Shown here one piece after another: positions 41,419 through 52,250 of a stretch of 64,000 nt of DNA. Made by a program: the position numbers and the translations under genes. Position 1 is the stretch's first letter. Each line of letters opens with the position of its first letter. The DNA is from an uncultured Porphyromonadaceae bacterium (GTDB taxonomy: Bacteria; Bacteroidota; Bacteroidia; Bacteroidales; Muribaculaceae): contig CAJKBH010000006.1 in assembly GCA_905198125.1 (NCBI GenBank), positions 11,842-75,841 of the forward strand, written 5' to 3'. Below the pieces are notes generated by a model. That model ran no database searches and was not told the origin of the DNA. It worked only from the letters and a program-made list of their open reading frames with translations.

Positions 41419-43002
41419 ATGTCTGACGAACTGACCAAAGAAATAAATCGCCGGCGCACATTCGCCATCATCTCGCACCCCGACGCCGGCAAGACGACCC
41501 TGACCGAAAAGCTGCTGCTGTTCGGAGGCGCCATCCACGTGGCCGGAGCCGTAAAGAGCAACAAGATAAAGAAGACCGCCACCTCCGACTGGATGGAGAT
41601 AGAGAAACAGCGCGGCATCTCCGTGGCCACCTCCGTGATGGGCTTCGACTACGGCGACTATAAGATCAACATCCTGGACACCCCGGGCCACCAGGACTTT
41701 GCCGAGGATACGTTCCGCACCCTTACGGCCGTGGACTCCGTAATCATCGTGGTGGACGTGGCCAAGGGCGTTGAGACACAGACACGCCGCCTGATGGAAG
41801 TGTGCCGTATGCGCAACACGCCCGTCATCATCTTTGTCAACAAGCTGGACCGCGAGGGCCGCGACCCGTTCGAGATTCTTGACGAGCTGGAGCAGGAACT
41901 GAAGATAGGCGTACGCCCCCTGACCTGGCCCATCAACATCGGCGCCCGCTTCAAGGGCGTGTACAACATATACGGCAAGCGCCTCGATCTGTTCACCCCG
42001 TCGAAGCAGACCGTGACCGAGCGCGTGGAGATAGACGACATCAACTCGCCCGAAATCGACAGGCGCGTGGGCGCCGACGACGCCGGCCGCCTGCGCGACG
42101 ATCTGGAGCTGATAGAGGGTGTGTACCCCGACTTCGACACCGACGCCTACCTGCGCGGCGAGGTGGCGCCCGTATTCTTCGGCTCGGCGCTCAACACATT
42201 CGGCGTCAAGGAGCTGCTCGACACATTCGTGCGCATCGCCCCGGCGCCGCAGCCCATCGAGGCCGTGGAACGCACCGTGCGTCCGGAGGAAGACCAATTC
42301 TCGGGCTTCGTGTTCAAGATTCACGCCAACATGGACCCCAACCACCGCTCCAGCCTGGCCTTCGTGAAGATATGCTCCGGCAAGTTCGAACGCAACGTGT
42401 ATTACCATCACGTGCGTCAGGACAAGCAGATGCGCTTCGCCGCCCCCACGGCGTTCATGGCCCAGAAGAAAAGCGTGGTGGACGAGGCATATCCCGGCGA
42501 CATCGTCGGCATTCCCGACACCGGCAACTTCAAGATAGGCGACACGCTGACCGGCGGCGAGAACCTGCACTTCAAGGGCCTACCCTCGTTCAGCCCCGAA
42601 ATGTTCAAATACATCGAGAACGCCGACCCGATGAAGGCCAAGCAGCTGGAGAAAGGAATCAGCCAGCTGATGGACGAAGGCGTGGCGCAGATGTTCGTCA
42701 ACCAGTTCAACGGCCGCAAGCTGATAGGCACCGTGGGCCAGCTGCAGTTCGAGGTGATACAGTTCCGCCTGCTGCACGAATATGGCGCTCAGTGCCGCTG
42801 GGAGCCCATCAGTCTCTACAAGGCATGCTGGATAGAGAGCGACGACCCCAAGGCTCTGGAAGCCTTCAAGCGCCGCAAGCTGCAGTACATGGCCAAGGAC
42901 AAGGAAGGGCGCGACGTGTTCTTGGCGGACTCCAATTACGTGCTGCAGATGGCGCAGTCCGATTTCCCCGAAATCAAGTTCCACTTCTCGTCCGAATTCT
43001 GA
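41419..43002 (+). CDS. prfC: Peptide chain release factor 3
   Basis: GTPase G1 HPDAGKTT, G3 DTPGH, 527 aa. Confidence 0.95.
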   Translation: MSDELTKEINRRRTFAIISHPDAGKTTLTEKLLLFGGAIHVAGAVKSNKIKKTATSDWMEIEKQRGISVATSVMGFDYGDYKINILDTPGHQDFAEDTFRTLTAVDSVIIVVDVAKGVETQTRRLMEVCRMRNTPVIIFVNKLDREGRDPFEILDELEQELKIGVRPLTWPINIGARFKGVYNIYGKRLDLFTPSKQTVTERVEIDDINSPEIDRRVGADDAGRLRDDLELIEGVYPDFDTDAYLRGEVAPVFFGSALNTFGVKELLDTFVRIAPAPQPIEAVERTVRPEEDQFSGFVFKIHANMDPNHRSSLAFVKICSGKFERNVYYHHVRQDKQMRFAAPTAFMAQKKSVVDEAYPGDIVGIPDTGNFKIGDTLTGGENLHFKGLPSFSPEMFKYIENADPMKAKQLEKGISQLMDEGVAQMFVNQFNGRKLIGTVGQLQFEVIQFRLLHEYGAQCRWEPISLYKACWIESDDPKALEAFKRRKLQYMAKDKEGRDVFLADSNYVLQMAQSDFPEIKFHFSSEF

Positions 43003-43065
43003 CGCCGCACCCGCGCCGGGGAATTCCGATTTGGAGAAATGACCGATTATAACTAACTTTGCCTC

Positions 43066-43368
43066 ATGAAGAAGACTAAAAAAATGAGTTTCTGGATGCG
43101 TCGCCGGTCGCACATCGCGCCGCTGCTGATAGGCAGCCTGGTGATCGCGCTGCTGTTCTTCAACGAAGACACCTCGTGGAAGAACAACATGAAGTACCAG
43201 GCTCAGATCAAGTCGCTTCAGGAGGAGATCAAGGCCTGCAACGACTCCGCGCAATGGTTCCGCGAGCGCCGCGAACAACTGCTCACCGGCAACGAGGAAC
43301 TGGAGCAGATAGCCCGCGAGGAATACCACATGCAGAAACCCACCGAGGACGTATATCTCCTCCGATAA
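43066..43368 (+). CDS. Septum formation initiator family protein (FtsB/DivIC-like)
   Basis: Single TM plus coiled-coil, about 100 aa. Confidence 0.65.
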   Translation: MKKTKKMSFWMRRRSHIAPLLIGSLVIALLFFNEDTSWKNNMKYQAQIKSLQEEIKACNDSAQWFRERREQLLTGNEELEQIAREEYHMQKPTEDVYLLR

Positions 43369-43847
43369 TGACCGTATTGCATCGGAAAATGAAAAAGGCA
43401 CAAGACACCCCCGATAAGAAACTTAAGAAGGAGCGCATACGCCGCGCCATGGAGCGCACGGCCACGTTCGGACTGCTGCTGCTGGCCATAGGGCTGGTGG
43501 CGCCCTTCACCAACCTGTCGAACACCGCGCTGCTCTCCGCGTTCAAATGGATATTCGCAGCCGGATCGCTGATATATCTGCTGGCACGCATATTCGGCGG
43601 CACGGATCCGCAGGCCTCCGTGCGCCTGCGCAGACTGCGCCGCATGGAGGTATGGGCAGGCGTGGCATTCTGCGTGGCCACGTTCTTCTGGTTCTACAAC
43701 ACGTCGCGCTATCCCTACATGTCGCTGGCCGTGATGCGCGACACCGTGGTGTTCACCCTTGCCGGCGCGTTGATCCAGATCATAGCCGCATGGATGATAG
43801 CCTCGCAGATGAAGAAGGAGGGCGGAAATCCGTCCGAAAAGAAATGA
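43368..43847 (+). CDS. Hypothetical integral membrane protein (4 predicted TM helices)
   Basis: Start overlaps upstream stop (TAATG) and stop overlaps coaX start (ATGA): translational coupling. Confidence 0.5.
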   Translation: MTVLHRKMKKAQDTPDKKLKKERIRRAMERTATFGLLLLAIGLVAPFTNLSNTALLSAFKWIFAAGSLIYLLARIFGGTDPQASVRLRRLRRMEVWAGVAFCVATFFWFYNTSRYPYMSLAVMRDTVVFTLAGALIQIIAAWMIASQMKKEGGNPSEKK

Positions 43848-44596
43848 GCCGGAACAAACGCATAATGACCGTGGACGTGGGCAACACGTCGGCCAAGCTC
43901 ACCGTGATGGAGGGCCCGGACAGTGTGGTCAGCGTCACGGTGCCGGAGGTGACGCAGGGCGCCGTGACCGGAATGCTGCAGGACACCGGCGCCGAGGGCG
44001 TGATAAGCTGCTCGGTCGGTCCCGACATCAGCGGCATCCTCGCCGCCGTATGCGCGAGCCGCAACCTGCCTTACGTATCGCTTGACGCCGACACGCCGGT
44101 GCCCGTGGAGGTCGACTACGACCGCGCGGGGTTAGGCGCCGACCGTCTCGCCGCCGCCGTGGGCGTGGCCGAACCGGACCGGTGCTGGCTGATAGCCGAC
44201 GCCGGCACCGCGCTGACACTGGACATGACACGCGGCATGACATTCTCCGGCGGCTCCATAGCCCCGGGCATGAACATGCGCTTAGAGAGCCTGCACAGCC
44301 ACACGCGCCGCCTTCCGTTGGTGTCGCCCGAAGGCTCCGCGCCACTGTTCGCACACGACACCGCGCAGGCAATACGCTCGGGAGTGATACGGGGCATGGC
44401 TTACGAAACCATGTCGGCACTCGGTCAGTTCCGCCAGTTCTGTCCCGAGGCTCGGCTGTGCGTCACCGGCGGAGACGCCCCCGTACTGAGCCGGCAACTC
44501 ACCATAATGAATGTGCCGCACACCGTGTGCAATAACGCGGTGGCACGCGGACTTGTCAAAATATTCAATTACTGCGAACCGTTAAGAGAGAAATGA
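43844..44596 (+). CDS. coaX: Type III pantothenate kinase
   Basis: MTVDVGNTSAKL N-terminal ASKHA motif, DAGTALT. Confidence 0.88.
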   Translation: MSRNKRIMTVDVGNTSAKLTVMEGPDSVVSVTVPEVTQGAVTGMLQDTGAEGVISCSVGPDISGILAAVCASRNLPYVSLDADTPVPVEVDYDRAGLGADRLAAAVGVAEPDRCWLIADAGTALTLDMTRGMTFSGGSIAPGMNMRLESLHSHTRRLPLVSPEGSAPLFAHDTAQAIRSGVIRGMAYETMSALGQFRQFCPEARLCVTGGDAPVLSRQLTIMNVPHTVCNNAVARGLVKIFNYCEPLREK

Positions 44597-45873
44597 GCAA
44601 GATAACACGACTTATAGCGACAGTGGCCGCAGTGACGGTCATGACAGGCGCGATGGCCCAGAACACCACCACGCCCTACTCCATGTATGGCTACGGCATG
44701 CTCCGCGACAACGCCACCTCCATGCAGCGCCAGATGGGTTCCGTCGGCGTGGCCATGAATTCCGGCCGGCAGGTCAACGTGATGAACCCGGCGGCATACG
44801 CGGCCACCGACTCTCTGACATTCCTGTTCGACCTGGGCGCCGATGTCTCCATGATGTGGAGCAAGGAAGGAAGCGTCAAGGAATACGCCACCGGAGGCGG
44901 CGTGGACTATATGACCGCACAGTTCCGAATGGGAAAGCATTTCGGCGGATCCATCGGTATGCTGCCCCTCACCTCGGTGGGCTATTCGTTCGGCAACGAG
45001 ATCAAGCACGGCACACTGGCCAACCAGGGTACGGGCGGCATCAACCAGCTGTACCTCGGTGTGGCGGCACAATATTTCGGAGTGTCGCTCGGCGTGAACA
45101 TAGGATATGACTTCGGCACCATCACCAACGACTTCTTCACCACCCCCACCGGCCAGAACCAAGTCAAGACCGAGCACACCATGAACGTGCGCGACTGGGA
45201 CCTGCTCATCGGCGCGCAGTACACGCTGCGCCCCTCCAGGTTCAGCAAGGCCGTCGTAGGCGTGACATACAAGCCCAAGAAGACACTGCTCGGCACCGCC
45301 CGCGTCACCAAGCAGACACTTGGTTCGGACAACAAGGTGGACCTGACCACAATCTCGGAGATGGGCCTGCGCAACCATTATGAGACACCCAACTCCGTGG
45401 GCGCCGGCGTAAGCTACACCTACGAGAAGGCATCGCGCTGGATGGTGGAGTTCGACTACCTGTGGCAAGGCTGGAGCGACTGCAAGTATGACCCGATGTA
45501 TGCCAACGGCGAGCTGATGGACAAGAACGACCTGGTGTTCCAGGGCATGAAGTTCAACGACCGCATGCGTTATGCCGTGGGCGCCGAGTTCGTGCCCAAA
45601 CTCCGGGGCAATTACGGCGAGCGCATCAACTACCGCGTCGGCGCATACTACTGCGACGACTACCTTAAGATAGACTCCAACAGGCTGCGCGAATACGGCG
45701 TGACATGCGGTTTCGGATTCCCCACCCCCGAGGGCAAGACCATGATCAACCTCGGCCTGGAGTGGAAGCACCGCCAGGCATCGCCGCAGACCCTGATTTC
45801 CGAAAACTACTTCAACGTCACCCTCGGAGTCAACTTCAACGAGGTGTGGTTCTTCAAGCGCAAGATCAAGTAA
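44593..45873 (+). CDS. Putative outer-membrane beta-barrel protein (family unresolved; PorP/SprF- or FadL-like features)
   Basis: Signal peptide, alternating amphipathic strands, NPAAYA motif near N-terminus; conserved position between coaX and lptC. Confidence 0.5.
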   Translation: MSKITRLIATVAAVTVMTGAMAQNTTTPYSMYGYGMLRDNATSMQRQMGSVGVAMNSGRQVNVMNPAAYAATDSLTFLFDLGADVSMMWSKEGSVKEYATGGGVDYMTAQFRMGKHFGGSIGMLPLTSVGYSFGNEIKHGTLANQGTGGINQLYLGVAAQYFGVSLGVNIGYDFGTITNDFFTTPTGQNQVKTEHTMNVRDWDLLIGAQYTLRPSRFSKAVVGVTYKPKKTLLGTARVTKQTLGSDNKVDLTTISEMGLRNHYETPNSVGAGVSYTYEKASRWMVEFDYLWQGWSDCKYDPMYANGELMDKNDLVFQGMKFNDRMRYAVGAEFVPKLRGNYGERINYRVGAYYCDDYLKIDSNRLREYGVTCGFGFPTPEGKTMINLGLEWKHRQASPQTLISENYFNVTLGVNFNEVWFFKRKIK

Positions 45874-45911
45874 TTCGCAACGTACTCCAAGTGAAGCGGC
45901 ATCTGACAGAC

Positions 45912-46586
45912 ATGAGAATACCGGCCTGGGCGCTGTTGGCGTTCACGGCCGCTTCCGTCATATTCCCTTCCTGCCGCGAGGAGCACAAGATAGACATCGC
46001 GTCCAGGCTCAATCCTAAGAAGATGGCCACCATGACCACCGTCAACGTGGCAACCCTTATCTCGGATTCGGGCGTTATACAGTACAAGATAGTCGCTCCG
46101 CTATGGACCGTCTACGACCAGGTCGACACCCCCTACTGGAACTTCCCCAAGGGTCTGTACCTGCAGAAGTACGACCCGTACTTCCACGTGATAGCCACCG
46201 TGGCGGCCGACTCGGCCAAATATTTCAAGAACCTGAAGCTGTGGCGCCTGGACGGCAACGTGGAGCTGACCAAGGCCCCCAAGGGTCTGTTTCTGTCGCA
46301 GCAGCTGTTTTGGGACCAGGGACGGCACAAGATATACAGCGACTCGTTCATGCACATCGAGACCGAGACGCACGTGCTGGAGGGGATAGGGTTCGAAAGC
46401 AACGAGGACCTGACTTCCTACCGCGTGATACAGCCTCAGGGCATATTCCCGGTGAACCGCGACGACTTCCATCCCGGCGCGTCAACGGAATCACAGCCGG
46501 CATCCTCGCCTGCCCCGTCGAGCCAGGCATCCTCGTCGGGTCAGCCCGAAGCCGTCGAAGTCCAGGCCGACGCGTCTAAAAAATGA
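45912..46586 (+). CDS. lptC: LPS export periplasmic protein LptC-like lipoprotein
   Basis: Lipobox FPSC, OstA/LptC-like fold region, Ser/Pro-rich tail. Confidence 0.65.
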   Translation: MRIPAWALLAFTAASVIFPSCREEHKIDIASRLNPKKMATMTTVNVATLISDSGVIQYKIVAPLWTVYDQVDTPYWNFPKGLYLQKYDPYFHVIATVAADSAKYFKNLKLWRLDGNVELTKAPKGLFLSQQLFWDQGRHKIYSDSFMHIETETHVLEGIGFESNEDLTSYRVIQPQGIFPVNRDDFHPGASTESQPASSPAPSSQASSSGQPEAVEVQADASKK

Positions 46587-46596
46587 TAAACAAACT

Positions 46597-47877
46597 ATGG
46601 ATCTCCCTTTCAGTCTCGCCATTGTCATCACGCTGATCGCCATCGTGTTCTCCGGGCTGTTCTCGGGCACGGAGATAGCCTTCGTGCAGTCCAGCAAGGT
46701 CCGCATGGAGATAGACGCCGCGCGCGGCGGCATCATAGACCGTATCATCCACATGTTCTCGCGCCACGAGGACATGTTCATCTCCACCCTGCTGGTGGGC
46801 AACAACGTGGTACTCGTAATCTACGGAATCTCGTTCTCGGCCATCATCAACCCATGGCTGCACCGGTGGCTCGACAACGAGGCCCTGGAACTCATCACCA
46901 ATACCATCCTCTCCACGGGCATCATACTGATCACGGGCGAGTTCCTGCCCAAGACCACGTTCCGCATCAACCCCAACTTCACCATCCGGCTGCTGGCGCT
47001 GCCGCTGTACATCATCTACCTGGTGCTGTATCCGCTGTCATGGTTCGTATCGGCCATCTCGCGCGGACTGATGAAGCTGTTCGGCATCAAGGACCGGACC
47101 GACGACAGCAGCCGCCTCACTATGGACCAGCTGGACGATTACATCCAGGATTCCATAGAGCACCGCGAGGGCGAGGAGGCCATCGAGAACGAGGTGAAGA
47201 TATTCCGCAACGCCATCGACTTCAAGGACACCCAGATCAGCGACTGCATGCGTCCCCGCAACGAGATAATATCCGTGCCTCTGGAGGGTACCACGCGCGA
47301 GCATCTGCTCAAGGTGTTCATCTCCACGGGCCGCAGCAAGGTGATAGTGTACCGCGACGACATCGACGACGTTGTAGGCTACCTGCACGTATCCGAGCTG
47401 TTCAATGGCGACAACGACTGGCGCCGGCGCCTCAAGCCCGTGCTGTTCACGCCCGAGACGATGCTGGCCAACAAGATGATGCGCCGCATGATGAACCAGA
47501 AACGCTCCATGGCCATCGTGGTGGACGAATTCGGCGGCACCGCCGGACTCATCACCCTTGAGGACATTGTGGAGGAGATATTCGGCGAGATAGAAGACGA
47601 ACACGACAAGGAACGTCTCGAAGCCCGCGAGACCGAACCCGGCGTCTATGAATTCTCGGGCCGCGTGGAGGTGAGCCAGGCCAACGAGATGTTCGGACTC
47701 GACATCAAGGAGAGCGAGGACTATCACACCCTGGCCGGCTGCGTCATGTTCAACTTAGGCGCCCTGCCCGCCGAAGGCGAGGCAGTGACCGTGGGACACC
47801 TGCTTTTCACCGTCCTGAAGATGTCCACCACCAAGATTGAGCTCATCAGGGTGCAACATATCGACCCGCAGCAATAA
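46597..47877 (+). CDS. Hemolysin-family CNNM/CorC transporter (DUF21-CBS-CorC_HlyC)
   Basis: N-terminal DUF21 TM domain, CBS pair, C-terminal CorC_HlyC. Confidence 0.85.
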   Translation: MDLPFSLAIVITLIAIVFSGLFSGTEIAFVQSSKVRMEIDAARGGIIDRIIHMFSRHEDMFISTLLVGNNVVLVIYGISFSAIINPWLHRWLDNEALELITNTILSTGIILITGEFLPKTTFRINPNFTIRLLALPLYIIYLVLYPLSWFVSAISRGLMKLFGIKDRTDDSSRLTMDQLDDYIQDSIEHREGEEAIENEVKIFRNAIDFKDTQISDCMRPRNEIISVPLEGTTREHLLKVFISTGRSKVIVYRDDIDDVVGYLHVSELFNGDNDWRRRLKPVLFTPETMLANKMMRRMMNQKRSMAIVVDEFGGTAGLITLEDIVEEIFGEIEDEHDKERLEARETEPGVYEFSGRVEVSQANEMFGLDIKESEDYHTLAGCVMFNLGALPAEGEAVTVGHLLFTVLKMSTTKIELIRVQHIDPQQ

Positions 47878-48088
47878 CCGCCGAGGACACGGCAGCCCGT
47901 CCACAATGCGGTTGGTGCATTATGTTGTACTTCTTTTATTTATTTTATAAATTTTATTAAAATAATTTGTTTTAATCAAAATTTGCATTAACTTCGCCGG
48001 GTGAAAAGGGACAAATTCCCTTGGCAGCAGATAGAAAATCTTAATAAACTATAAACAAACACACACAAACAACACACTAACTAATTTA

Positions 48089-48595
48089 ATGAACGAAAGC
48101 AACACCTTCAAATCCTCCGTAATTGGGATGCAAGGAGACCTGATGTCGTTCGCGCTGAAACTCACCACTAACCGTGAGGAGGCGAATGATCTGGTACAGG
48201 ACACCTGCTTCAAGGCCCTCGACAACGAATCGAAGTATGTCGAGAACGCCAACTTCCGAGGCTGGATGCTGACCATCATGCGCAACATCTTCATCAACAA
48301 TTATCGTCGCAGCGCACGCGAGAACACCATCGTGGACACGACCGAAGACCTCTACTATCTCAGCCAACCGCAGGATGCCGGCTACGAAACGCCTGAAGGT
48401 GCATTCGCAGCCAACGAAATCTCTACGATTCTCGCAGGGTTCCCCGCGGATTACCGTCAGCCCTTCTCAATGCACGTGGCAGGCTACAAGTACGAGGAGA
48501 TTGCCGCAGCCCTCAAGATGCCCTTAGGCACCGTCAAAAGCCGCATATTCTTCACCCGTAAGCGACTGCGCGAAATCCTGAAGGACTACCGCTGA
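48089..48595 (+). CDS. RNA polymerase ECF-type sigma-70 factor (paralog of 39243-39749)
   Basis: About 70 percent identical by eye to the other sigma (e.g. TIMRNIFINNYRR, TIVDTTEDLY). Confidence 0.88.
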   Translation: MNESNTFKSSVIGMQGDLMSFALKLTTNREEANDLVQDTCFKALDNESKYVENANFRGWMLTIMRNIFINNYRRSARENTIVDTTEDLYYLSQPQDAGYETPEGAFAANEISTILAGFPADYRQPFSMHVAGYKYEEIAAALKMPLGTVKSRIFFTRKRLREILKDYR

Positions 48596-48690
48596 TCCTC
48601 CCCACGGCTATAGACACTATTGACGAAACACACTTCCTTAATCTCGGCAGCACTTTCGGCTTTACAGTAGGCAGTTTATCAGACGTCTCA

Positions 48691-48734
48691 AAAAGGTGTG
48701 TCAGACATCAGGTTCTGATACACCTTTTCATTTT
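48691..48734 (+). terminator. Rho-independent terminator after ECF sigma gene
   Basis: Hairpin aaaggtgtgtcagac/gttctgatacacc followed by ttttcatttt. Confidence 0.5.
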
Positions 48735-48843
48735 GCCGCCCAGGCATCGTCACCCGCTAACTTTGACGGCCTACGGATTGTTAATATTTCAGACCCCGCC
48801 GCCAACCCGCTTCATTACGGGCGCGGTCCTAAAACAATACACT

Positions 48844-50100
48844 ATGGCCGCCACTCCGGATAATCCCAATAATCCCACCTCTCCCAATTCTCCCGCACCC
48901 ACCCCCGAACTCCGGCCGGCGCAGACCGACCGCAGGTACTACTGGTTCCTTATCATATATCTGGTGCTGTTAAGCGCCCTGGGCTCGTTTGTCAACGACA
49001 TGTACACGCCGTCGCTGCCTCAGATAGCCCGCGACTTCCACAGCTCTCCCTCGCAGTCGCAGCTCTCTCTGACAATGGGCATGATCGGACTGGCCATCGG
49101 TCAGCTGCTGCTCGGCCCCATCTCCGACCGCTATGGGCGTAAACCGGTGCTGATCGGCTCCATGCTCGTATTCATAGCCGGCGCCATAATGTCCGTGTTC
49201 TCCACGTCCATGATATTCTTCCTGATGTGCCGTCTGGTGCAGGGCATCGGAGCCTCGGGCGGTTATTTCCTGGCACGCACCATTCCCGCCGACATATTCC
49301 ATGGCCGCGGGCTGGCCAGGTTCATGGCCATAATCGGCGCCGTCAACGGACTTGCACCCGCATCCGCGCCTGTATTGGGCGGCGTAATAGCCGACTACAT
49401 CAGCTGGAAGGCCGTGTTCATTTTCCTGGCCGCCTTCACGGTGCTGATTCTGACATTCATAGGCAAGCTCAAGGAATCGCTCTATCCTCAGGACAGATCG
49501 AAACTCCCGTGGTACAAGACCTTGCCCGGATATATGGTCCTGCTGCGCAACAAGGCGTTCGTGACACATATCTGTCTTAAAGGCTGCTCGCTCGGACTCC
49601 TGTTCACCTATATCTCGGCCGCCCCGTTCATCCTGGAGGACCATTACGGATTCTCGCAGACCATGTACGGCGTCATAATCGGCCTCAATTCCATAGCCGT
49701 GGCGTTGGGCTCGATGCTGTCGCTCCGGTTCCATCCCTTCAAGAAGGCGGTGCCCGTAGCGGCGCTGATACTGATTCCGGCCATCGGATTCGGAGCCTAC
49801 GCACTGTGGCACATACACAGCTTCGTATGGTTCGAGATCTGCATGGTGACGATGCTGTTTGCCGGCGGCATGATATTCAGCGTGTCCAACACGCTGGCCA
49901 TGAACGAAGGACGCGCTAAAGCCGGCGAGGCATCGGCATTGCTGGGGGTGTCCGGCTACATCGTCGGCGCCACAGTGGCCCCGCTGGCCGGCATCGGCAA
50001 CGTGATGCACAGCACAGCCATCGTGTTCCTGGTGTTGCTCGCCCTGGTCCTCGTATTCTCCTTCCTCACCTACCGCCTCAAGCCCGACCTCGACTCATAA
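48844..50100 (+). CDS. MFS transporter, Bcr/CflA-type drug efflux
   Basis: 12 TM pattern, motif A-like GPISDRYGRKPVL; start set at internal ATG after Pro-rich leader. Confidence 0.8.
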   Translation: MAATPDNPNNPTSPNSPAPTPELRPAQTDRRYYWFLIIYLVLLSALGSFVNDMYTPSLPQIARDFHSSPSQSQLSLTMGMIGLAIGQLLLGPISDRYGRKPVLIGSMLVFIAGAIMSVFSTSMIFFLMCRLVQGIGASGGYFLARTIPADIFHGRGLARFMAIIGAVNGLAPASAPVLGGVIADYISWKAVFIFLAAFTVLILTFIGKLKESLYPQDRSKLPWYKTLPGYMVLLRNKAFVTHICLKGCSLGLLFTYISAAPFILEDHYGFSQTMYGVIIGLNSIAVALGSMLSLRFHPFKKAVPVAALILIPAIGFGAYALWHIHSFVWFEICMVTMLFAGGMIFSVSNTLAMNEGRAKAGEASALLGVSGYIVGATVAPLAGIGNVMHSTAIVFLVLLALVLVFSFLTYRLKPDLDS

Positions 50101-50153
50101 GCCCCCGGCCCTTAGGGTCATAAGCTGATTTTTCAGTTGATTTTCGCTGAAAT

Positions 50154-50184
50154 TTTGCAATTTGGGAAATTATTTGTAATTTTG
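50154..50184 (+). promoter_or_regulatory. Bacteroides-type promoter: -33 TTTG (50154-50157), 19-bp spacer, -7 TAATTTTG (50177-50184) for tRNA-Thr
   Basis: Textbook spacing, about 50 nt upstream of tRNA. Confidence 0.5.
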
Positions 50185-50236
50185 CAGACGCATCAGGTCT
50201 ATGCCACCGCAATAATGCAGTAACACAGGGCCATCT

Positions 50237-50309
50237 GCCGCAATAGCTCAGTTGGTAGAGCATTTCATTCGTAACGAAAAGGTCGTGGGTTCGAGTCCCA
50301 CTCGCGGCT
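50237..50309 (+). tRNA. tRNA-Thr (anticodon CGU)
   Basis: Cloverleaf by eye: D-arm gctc/gagc, anticodon loop ttCGTaa, T-arm gtggg-ttcgagt-cccac, 7-bp acceptor with one A-C; one A-C also in anticodon stem; CCA not encoded. Confidence 0.8.
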
Positions 50310-50315
50310 CCTACA

Positions 50316-50348
50316 AACCTCTTCAGCTCGGAGCTGAGGAGGTTTTTT
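50316..50348 (+). terminator. Rho-independent terminator after tRNA-Thr
   Basis: 12-bp stem aacctcttcagc/gctgaggaggtt (one G-U), loop tcgga, then tttttt. Confidence 0.75.
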
Positions 50349-50387
50349 CATTTCATCCCGTTTCCGGACAATACCCGACATCAAGTC

Positions 50388-52232
50388 ATGAAGGAACTTT
50401 TTTTATTTCTTAAGAAATACGCCACTCCCTACAAAGCCAACATACTGCTCAGCATCCTGTTTAACCTGCTGACGGCTTTCTTCACACTGTTCTCCTTCGC
50501 GTTCATCATCCCGATACTGCAGATGCTGTTCGGCATCAGCACCACCCAGTACTTCTACATGGAAATCGGTTCCGCATCGTTCAAGGACGTGGTGGTCAAC
50601 AACTTCTACTACTACGTGGCCGAAATGATAGCGAATTACGGCCCGTCGGCCACGCTGGCCTGTCTGGGCCTGATATTGGTGGTGATGACCCTGCTGAAGG
50701 TGCTGACGGCCTACTTTTCGGAGTATTTCACCATCCCGATGCAGAACGGCGTGGTGCGCGACATCAGGCGCCAGATGTACAATAAGATAGTGTCGCTGCC
50801 CGTAGGCTTCTTCACCAACGAGCGCAAGGGCGACATCATGGCGCGTCTGTCAGGCGACGTGCAGGAGGTGCAGAATTCCGTGATGGCGTCGCTGTTCTCG
50901 CTGGTGAAATACCCTGTCATGATCATAGCCTGTCTGGGAATGATGCTTTTCATCAGCTGGAAACTCACTGTCTTTGTGTTCATAATGCTACCCATAATGG
51001 GGTCCCTTATGGGAGCCGTGGGCAAGAAGCTGAAGGCCAAGTCGCTGGCCGCACAGCAGAAATGGGGCGACATCCTGTCCAGCGCCGAGGAGACCATCGG
51101 CGGACTCCGCGTCATCAAGGCTTTCAACGCCGAGGGATTCATGGAGCGTCATTTCGCCTCGGAGACCGAGCAGTTCTATAAGATAAACAACGCCGTGGGA
51201 CGCCGCACGGCCCTGGCCCACCCCATGAGCGAGTTCCTGGGCACCACGGCCGTGGCCATCATCCTGTGGTTCGGCGGCTCGCTGATCCTGTCCGGCAATT
51301 CAGACATAGACGCCGCCGGATTCATCTATTACATGGTGATGTTCTATTCCATCATCAACCCGGCCAAGGAACTGAGCAAGGTGTCATACACCATCCGCAA
51401 GGGTATGGGAGCCAAGGAGCGCATCGACAAGATTTTGGACGCTCAGAATCCCATTCAGGATCCCGAATCCCCGCGTGAACTCACCAACGGCAACGCCCCC
51501 GTGGGAGTGCGCTTCGAGGACGTGACATTCCGCTATTCCGACGACCCAGACTCGCGCGACGTGCTGAAGGACGTGAACCTTGACGTCAAGGCCGGCCAGA
51601 CCGTGGCCATTGTCGGCGAATCCGGCTCGGGCAAGTCCACGCTGGTGGACCTGATACCGCGCCTCTGGGACGTAGAACACGGGCATGTCAAGGTGGACGG
51701 CATCGACATCAAGGACCTGCGCGTGCACGACCTGCGCGGCCTGATGGGCAACGTGAACCAGGAGGCCATTCTGTTCAACGACACCATATTCAACAACATC
51801 GCCTTCGGCTGCGACACGGCTACGCAGCAACAGGTGGAGGAAGCCGCCCGCGTGGCCAACGCCCACGACTTCATCATGGAGACCGAACACGGCTACCAGA
51901 CCATGATAGGCGACCGCGGCTGCCGTCTGTCCGGAGGCCAGCGCCAGCGCATATCCATAGCCCGCGCCATACTCAAGAACCCCGCCGTCCTGATACTCGA
52001 CGAGGCCACATCGGCCCTCGACACCGAATCCGAGCGACTGGTGCAGGAAGCCCTGGAAGCCCTGATGAAAGGACGCACCACCATCGTCATAGCCCACCGC
52101 CTCTCCACCATCGTCAACGCCGACCGCATCTGCGTGCTGCACCGGGGCGAGATTGTGGAAAGCGGCACCCACGACGAGCTGATTGCCCTCGGTGGCCACT
52201 ACAAGCGCCTGGTGGATATGCAGCACCTGTAA
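50388..52232 (+). CDS. ABC transporter ATP-binding/permease protein, MsbA-like exporter
   Basis: 6-TM TMD plus NBD (GESGSGKST, LSGGQRQR); first gene of tight three-gene operon. Confidence 0.88.
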   Translation: MKELFLFLKKYATPYKANILLSILFNLLTAFFTLFSFAFIIPILQMLFGISTTQYFYMEIGSASFKDVVVNNFYYYVAEMIANYGPSATLACLGLILVVMTLLKVLTAYFSEYFTIPMQNGVVRDIRRQMYNKIVSLPVGFFTNERKGDIMARLSGDVQEVQNSVMASLFSLVKYPVMIIACLGMMLFISWKLTVFVFIMLPIMGSLMGAVGKKLKAKSLAAQQKWGDILSSAEETIGGLRVIKAFNAEGFMERHFASETEQFYKINNAVGRRTALAHPMSEFLGTTAVAIILWFGGSLILSGNSDIDAAGFIYYMVMFYSIINPAKELSKVSYTIRKGMGAKERIDKILDAQNPIQDPESPRELTNGNAPVGVRFEDVTFRYSDDPDSRDVLKDVNLDVKAGQTVAIVGESGSGKSTLVDLIPRLWDVEHGHVKVDGIDIKDLRVHDLRGLMGNVNQEAILFNDTIFNNIAFGCDTATQQQVEEAARVANAHDFIMETEHGYQTMIGDRGCRLSGGQRQRISIARAILKNPAVLILDEATSALDTESERLVQEALEALMKGRTTIVIAHRLSTIVNADRICVLHRGEIVESGTHDELIALGGHYKRLVDMQHL

Positions 52233-52250
52233 ATTACATAATATCAAGTC

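Noticed and set aside
41362-42570. 402-aa minus-strand ORF antisense to prfC and 400-aa ORF 44569-45771 antisense to the OMP gene
   Set aside because: GC-rich antisense artefacts with low-complexity translations.
43176-43847. 223-aa ORF extending upstream of the membrane-protein gene through the ftsB-like gene in another frame
   Set aside because: Upstream part overlaps the FtsB-like CDS out of frame and is Arg/Gly-rich nonsense; real start taken at the TAATG-coupled Met (43368).
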